DNA of 64,000 nt from a virus. Shown piece after piece: positions 59,754 to 64,000 of this stretch; position 1 is the first letter of the stretch, and every line of letters starts with the position of its first letter. A program made the translations under genes and the position numbers. Below the pieces are notes generated by a model. It was not told the origin of the DNA. It did not search any database and saw nothing but the letters and a program-made list of their open reading frames with translations. The stretch is taken from positions 4,234 to 68,233 of the IMG/VR virus record IMGVR_UViG_3300032235_000715, one strand, 5' to 3'.

Positions 59754-59833
59754 GTATGGGACCTTTCGTGCGGTCTCTACAAAAGTCGGAACACCCTAAA
59801 GAGAAGTTCGGTTTTTACTGTTCTTCTCTTTTT
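59754..59833 (+). ncRNA. Candidate small RNA (or structured regA 3' UTR) with split complementarity to 23S rRNA
   Basis: Late core AATAAATA at 59745-59752; hairpin GGGACC-tttcgtgc-GGTCTC; tail GTCGGAACACCC; terminator AAAGAGAAG...CTTCTCTTTTT; no ORF. Confidence 0.6.
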
Positions 59834-59929
59834 CGTTTCTTGTATTTTATAAGTATATGAAAAACATCTTAAAAACAATGTAGTAGAAACCACACTTTAA
59901 AAATAATACAAACTATTATAAATTATTAA

Positions 59930-59986
59930 TGATCGCCTTATTGGGATCACACAAACAAACTCGCTTTTAAAGGAGATACTATAATG
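59930..59986 (+). promoter_or_regulatory. Structured hsp20 leader, ROSE-like RNA thermometer
   Basis: Hairpin TGATC(G)CC-ttatt-GGGATCA, then CTCGCTT-tta-AAGGAG in which UCGCU pairs the Shine-Dalgarno with a bulged G; TATAAAT at 59917-59923. Confidence 0.6.
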
Positions 59987-60418
59987 ACTAATCTGATGAA
60001 GTATCAGGCTGCGGATCTTCCTGCTTTGCTGGAAAGAATTAATCGCAATACGATTGGTATGGATGAATACTTTGATCGTATTTTTAAAATTCACGAAACA
60101 ACTTCCAATTATCCGCCATATAATCTTGTTCAAGTAAGCAACGTAGAATCTCGTCTTGAACTTGCACTTGCTGGATTTAAAAAGAAAGAAGTTTATGTCT
60201 ACACGCAAGATGGTAAACTTTTTGTTGAGGGTCAAAAAGAAGATAAAGAAACGGAGTCCAACTATATCCACAAGGGTTTGGCACAACGAAGTTTTAAGAG
60301 AGCGTGGACACTCTCTGATGATACGGAAGTTAGATCAGTTGATTTTGAAGATGGTCTTTTGACTGTGACTCTTGGTAGAATTGTTCCAGATCATCATAAG
60401 AGAAAAGATTACCTCTAA
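59984..60418 (+). CDS. hsp20: Small heat-shock protein Hsp20
   Basis: NYPPYNL, ELALAGF, YIHKGLAQRSF.R.W.L, FEDGLL alpha-crystallin motifs. Confidence 0.97.
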   Translation: MTNLMKYQAADLPALLERINRNTIGMDEYFDRIFKIHETTSNYPPYNLVQVSNVESRLELALAGFKKKEVYVYTQDGKLFVEGQKEDKETESNYIHKGLAQRSFKRAWTLSDDTEVRSVDFEDGLLTVTLGRIVPDHHKRKDYL

Positions 60419-60431
60419 ATAAAAATAAAAA

Positions 60432-60590
60432 ATGAAAACCTTCCGTGAATTTAATGCTATTTTAAGAGAAATGAAAGGTGACTTTGGTGCAAATGCAAAA
60501 CCACCTAAAGCAAAGTGTGGTTGGGATGGAACAACAACTTACGCTATGCTTCCTGGAAAGAAGGTTTGTAAGTTTAAAAGAAAGAGATAA
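60432..60590 (+). CDS. Small basic protein with a capsid-targeting-sequence-like leader (52 aa); not in the ORF track
   Basis: Hand-translated MKTFREFNAILREMKGDFGANAKPPKAKCGWDGTTTYAMLPGKKVCKFKRKR; TAAATA at 60416-60421. Confidence 0.65.
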   Translation: MKTFREFNAILREMKGDFGANAKPPKAKCGWDGTTTYAMLPGKKVCKFKRKR

Positions 60591-60613
60591 ATATAATTGA
60601 ATATCGTCGGCGC

Positions 60614-60655
60614 GAGGAGCACCTGGCAAAATCCAGGTTGACTCCTCCTTTTTTT
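60614..60655 (+). terminator. Long terminator hairpin
   Basis: GAGGAG-c-ACCTGG-caaaat-CCAGGT-tga-CTCCTC followed by C and a T-tract. Confidence 0.8.
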
Positions 60656-60666
60656 GTTGGTAGAAT
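60638..60666 (+). promoter_or_regulatory. Sigma70-type promoter for the gp43 operon, embedded in the terminator
   Basis: TTGACT-17 nt-TAGAAT with a TG extension. Confidence 0.75.
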
Positions 60667-60687
60667 ACTGAGAGACATGGAGTGCAA

Positions 60688-61074
60688 ATGACTGTAAAAC
60701 TTTTACTTTTAAAGTCTGGAGAAGATATTATTGCAGACGTAAAAGAGATGGTAGTTGGTAAAGAAGAAAATGTGAGGGTTGTTGGATATTTTCTCCACAA
60801 ACCTTGCGTTGTTAAGATGACCCCCCCATCTAATGTTCCCGAAGAATTTAAAGAAGAAATTGACCCACAGAAAGCATCTTTTCAGGTAACTCTTTTCCCG
60901 TGGATGCCTTTGTCCAAAGACAACACTATTCCAATTTCTACTGATTGGGTTGTTACTATGGTAACTCCAAGCGACAAACTAAATGACATGTATACTGAGG
61001 ATGTAATGAACTATGGAAAAGACAATCAAAGTGTTGGCACTGACCAACAATCTAATTCTAATAACCAAAATTGA
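60688..61074 (+). CDS. Conserved hypothetical protein
   Basis: KLLLLKSGEDIIADV...FPWMPLSKD...DWVVTMVTP; GGAG upstream. Confidence 0.8.
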   Translation: MTVKLLLLKSGEDIIADVKEMVVGKEENVRVVGYFLHKPCVVKMTPPSNVPEEFKEEIDPQKASFQVTLFPWMPLSKDNTIPISTDWVVTMVTPSDKLNDMYTEDVMNYGKDNQSVGTDQQSNSNNQN

Positions 61075-61273
61075 AGAAGTCGGTGCTGATATTGGAGAAC
61101 CAGATTGTAAACTCATATCACCATTTGTTGTAAAAAGTGATAAAACTTTAGAACCATTTCTTTGTGGATATACAAAAGAAAAAACTTTTATGATGAGTTC
61201 GGAAAAGATTCTTACTCTTGTGGATCCAACACCAACTCTACTTGAAAAATATGAGGACTTGATTAAAGAATGA
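61013..61273 (+). CDS. Conserved hypothetical protein
   Basis: EEVGADIGEPDCKLISPF...SEKILTLVDP; GAGG upstream; coupled to gp43 through ATGA. Confidence 0.78.
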   Translation: MEKTIKVLALTNNLILITKIEEVGADIGEPDCKLISPFVVKSDKTLEPFLCGYTKEKTFMMSSEKILTLVDPTPTLLEKYEDLIKE

Positions 61274-63771
61274 TGCAACGCTTTTATACTAACATTCAAC
61301 TGATTGGAAATCAAATTCTTGTTCGTGGAGTTGAAAATGGAAAGAGATTTGAAACCAGAGATGAATTTTATCCAACTCTTTTCGTAAAAAGTAAAAAAGA
61401 TTCAAAGTACCAAACCTTAAGTGGAGAATTTGTAGAACCAATAAAACCAGGAACTATCCGAGATTGTCGTGATTTTTATAAAAAGTATGAAAGCGTAGAT
61501 GGGTTTGAGATTTATGGAAATGACAGGTACATTTGCCAATACATTTCTGAAAAATATCCAGAGGATGAAATTAAGTTTGATATTAGTAAAATTAAACTTT
61601 TAACTTTAGATATTGAAGTTGCCTCAGAATCTGGTTTCCCAGATGTGGAAACTTGTTCGGAAGAAATTCTTGCTATTACTATTCAAGATTATACAACTAA
61701 AGAAATTATTACTTGGGGTATAAAACCATTCAATTATAATCGTAAGGATTTGACTTATTATCACTGTCCTTCTGAATATGAACTTCTGAATCATTTCATT
61801 AATTACTGGATGGTGAATGTTCCTGATGTTATTACTGGATGGAACATTCAACTTTATGACATTCCTTATATTTGTAAAAGATTGAATAGAGTTCTTGGTG
61901 AGAAACTAATGAAACGTTTCTCTAACTGGGGATTAGTTACTGAAGGTGAAATCCATATTAATGGACGTAAGCATACTGTTTTTGATGTCGGTGGTTTGAC
62001 TCAACTTGATTACTTAGATCTTTACAAGAAATTTACTTATAAAGCGCAGGAATCTTACCGTCTAGACTATATTGCCGAAGTAGAACTTGGACAGAAGAAA
62101 CTTGACCACTCTGAGTTTGATACTTTTAAAGACTTTTATACAAAAGGTTGGCAAAAGTTTATTGAATATAACATCGTTGACGTAGAACTTGTTGATCGTT
62201 TGGAAGACAAGATGAAGTTAATCGAACTTGCTTTGACGATGGCATATGACGCTAAGGTGAACTATGCAGATGTCTTCTATCAAGTACGTATGTGGGATAA
62301 TATCATCTACACATACCTCAAGAAAAGAAACATTGTTATTCCACCAAAGAACAAGACTCAAAAAGATGAAAAGTATGCTGGCGCTTATGTAAAAGAACCA
62401 ATTCCTGGGATGTATGATTGGGTTGTGAGTTTTGACCTTAACTCGCTATATCCACACTTGATTATGATGTATAATATTTCGCCCGAAACTCTTCTGGAAG
62501 AAAAACATCCAACAGTGACTGTTGATAAAATTCTCAATAAGGAAATTACTTTTGAGTTGTATAAGGATTATGCGGTATGCGCAAATGGTGCGATGTTTCG
62601 CAAGGATGTTCGCGGATTTCTTCCAGAACTAATGGAGAAGATTTATAATGAACGTGTAATCTTTAAAAAGAAAATGCTTGCTGCAGAGCAAGAATATGAG
62701 AAAACAAAAAACAAGGAGTTAGTTAAAGAAATTTCTAGGTGCAATAATATTCAGATGGCACGTAAGATTCAACTCAACTCTGCTTATGGTGCTATTGGTA
62801 ATCAGTATTTTCGTTACTATAAACTTGCAAATGCTGAAGCGATTACTCTATCTGGGCAAGTTGCTATTCAGTGGATTATGAACAAAGTGAATACTTATTT
62901 GAACAAAATTCTAAAAACTGAAAGTGAAGATTATGTTATTGCTTCAGATACTGATTCTTTGTATATTAATATGGGTCCTTTGGTTGAAAATGTATTCAAA
63001 GGAAGAGAGAAAACTACTCAAGGCGTTGTTTCGTTCCTTGATAAGGTCTGTCAGGTGGAATTTGAAAAGTATATTGAAAGTTCTTACCAAGAATTGTCTG
63101 ACTATGTAAATGCTTACGAACAAAAAATGTATATGAAGCGTGAGTGTATTGCTGAACGTGGCATTTGGACTGCGAAGAAACGATATATTTTAAGTGTCTG
63201 GGATAGTGAAGGAGTTCGTTACGAAGAACCCAAACTTAAGATTAAAGGTATTGAGGCAATCAAATCTTCTACTCCAGCACCTTGTCGCAGGATGTTGAAA
63301 GAATCCTTTAACCTAATGATGAGCGGAACTGAAGATGATGTAATTAATTTTATTGATAAGTGTAGGAAAGAGTTTAAAAATCTTTCCCCAGAACAGATTG
63401 CATTTCCACGTTCTGCCTCAGATGTTCAGAAATATTATTCATCATCTATGATTTATTCCAAAGGAACTCCCATTCACGTAAGAGGGGCACTTCTGTTTAA
63501 TCATTATATAAAACAGAATAAACTTAATGGTAAATATTCTCTTATTCAAAACGGGGAAAAGATTAAATACATCTTTTTAAAAAAACCGAATGTTATTCAC
63601 GAAAATGTAATTTCATTTATTCAAGATTTTCCCAAGGAACTTAACCTTGACAAATATATTGATTATGAACTACAATTTGAAAAGGCATTTTTAGAACCAC
63701 TCAAAATTATTCTTGACGCAATTGGGTGGAACGTAGAAAAGACTGCAAACCTTGATTTATTTTTTTCCTAA
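61270..63771 (+). CDS. gp43: Family B DNA polymerase gp43
   Basis: Exonuclease motifs DIE, GWN..YD, YNIVD; polymerase motifs SFDLNSLYP, KIQLNSAYG, SDTDS, KKRY; no intein or intron seen. Confidence 0.99.
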   Translation: MMQRFYTNIQLIGNQILVRGVENGKRFETRDEFYPTLFVKSKKDSKYQTLSGEFVEPIKPGTIRDCRDFYKKYESVDGFEIYGNDRYICQYISEKYPEDEIKFDISKIKLLTLDIEVASESGFPDVETCSEEILAITIQDYTTKEIITWGIKPFNYNRKDLTYYHCPSEYELLNHFINYWMVNVPDVITGWNIQLYDIPYICKRLNRVLGEKLMKRFSNWGLVTEGEIHINGRKHTVFDVGGLTQLDYLDLYKKFTYKAQESYRLDYIAEVELGQKKLDHSEFDTFKDFYTKGWQKFIEYNIVDVELVDRLEDKMKLIELALTMAYDAKVNYADVFYQVRMWDNIIYTYLKKRNIVIPPKNKTQKDEKYAGAYVKEPIPGMYDWVVSFDLNSLYPHLIMMYNISPETLLEEKHPTVTVDKILNKEITFELYKDYAVCANGAMFRKDVRGFLPELMEKIYNERVIFKKKMLAAEQEYEKTKNKELVKEISRCNNIQMARKIQLNSAYGAIGNQYFRYYKLANAEAITLSGQVAIQWIMNKVNTYLNKILKTESEDYVIASDTDSLYINMGPLVENVFKGREKTTQGVVSFLDKVCQVEFEKYIESSYQELSDYVNAYEQKMYMKRECIAERGIWTAKKRYILSVWDSEGVRYEEPKLKIKGIEAIKSSTPAPCRRMLKESFNLMMSGTEDDVINFIDKCRKEFKNLSPEQIAFPRSASDVQKYYSSSMIYSKGTPIHVRGALLFNHYIKQNKLNGKYSLIQNGEKIKYIFLKKPNVIHENVISFIQDFPKELNLDKYIDYELQFEKAFLEPLKIILDAIGWNVEKTANLDLFFS

Positions 63772-64000
63772 TGAAAAAACTATGTAGAATTTTTAACAGA
63801 CTGACAGCGTGGATGGTAAAAGATACTGACGTAATGGTCAGGAATAGTGATGGGTGGGCAGATGATGTTTTCTATCAAATTAAGATGGCAACTCCATCTC
63901 CAGAAACTAAAACTATTTCTTATATTGATAAAGACACAAATATTATGAGTCCATTTCCAGAAGTATCTGGAACTACTACTATTGGTGGAATTAGTACTGA
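63771..64000 (+). CDS. Hypothetical protein, partial (runs off the window)
   Basis: TAATG coupling to gp43; open frame MKKLCRIFNRLTAWMVKD... to the end of the window. Confidence 0.55.
   Translation, partial: MKKLCRIFNRLTAWMVKDTDVMVRNSDGWADDVFYQIKMATPSPETKTISYIDKDTNIMSPFPEVSGTTTIGGIST

Noticed and set aside
59834-59916. AT-rich spacer as a possible replication origin
   Set aside because: No iterons or other distinguishing structure visible against the AT-rich background
59897-60286. Minus-strand 129-aa ORF over hsp20
   Set aside because: Antisense shadow with no motif or ribosome-binding site
60603-60640. Loose resemblance of ATCGTCGGC...GCACCTGG to 16S h11 antisense or 23S 2500-region sense sequence
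   Set aside because: Matches are 7 nt or shorter or need gaps; too weak to claim
29177-63771. Inteins or group I introns in gp17, gp20, gp46, uvsW or gp43
   Set aside because: All are of normal length with contiguous motifs
1-64000. tRNA genes, CRISPR arrays, DGR template repeats, stop-codon recoding
   Set aside because: No cloverleaf, repeat-spacer array or reverse transcriptase was seen by eye, and core genes are intact under the standard code

Overview
A 64 kb, AT-rich, all plus-strand segment of a T4-like myovirus, most likely a cyanophage (Kyanoviridae-like, probably freshwater). It carries the structural module: end of gp25, gp6, a 3995-aa gp7-like protein, gp8, a VrlC/DUF4815-like protein, gp13-gp23 and gp3. 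This is followed by recombination, replication and regulation genes: uvsY, uvsW, gp55, gp47, gp46, a cobT/cobS-like VWA-MoxR pair, gp45, gp44, gp62, regA, hsp20 and gp43. Accessory genes include a UDP-glucose dehydrogenase-like gene, a GIY-YIG homing endonuclease, a nuclease-like plus DUF4338-like pair and several probable capsid-packaged proteins. The most notable non-coding signal is a short unit just downstream of regA (about 59745-59833), bounded by a late-promoter core and a terminator. Its hairpin loop and 3' tail appear complementary, in pieces, to one contiguous stretch of cyanobacterial-type 23S rRNA (helix 71 and the following strand, E. coli about 1948-1973), making it a candidate rRNA-targeting phage small RNA. 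Other translation-related leads are a ROSE-like thermometer on hsp20, an unlisted basic 48-aa ORF with a terminator before its stop codon (arfA/brfA-like nonstop layout) and an apparent AUC start codon. All product calls come from motif recognition and synteny by eye; no database searches were run.
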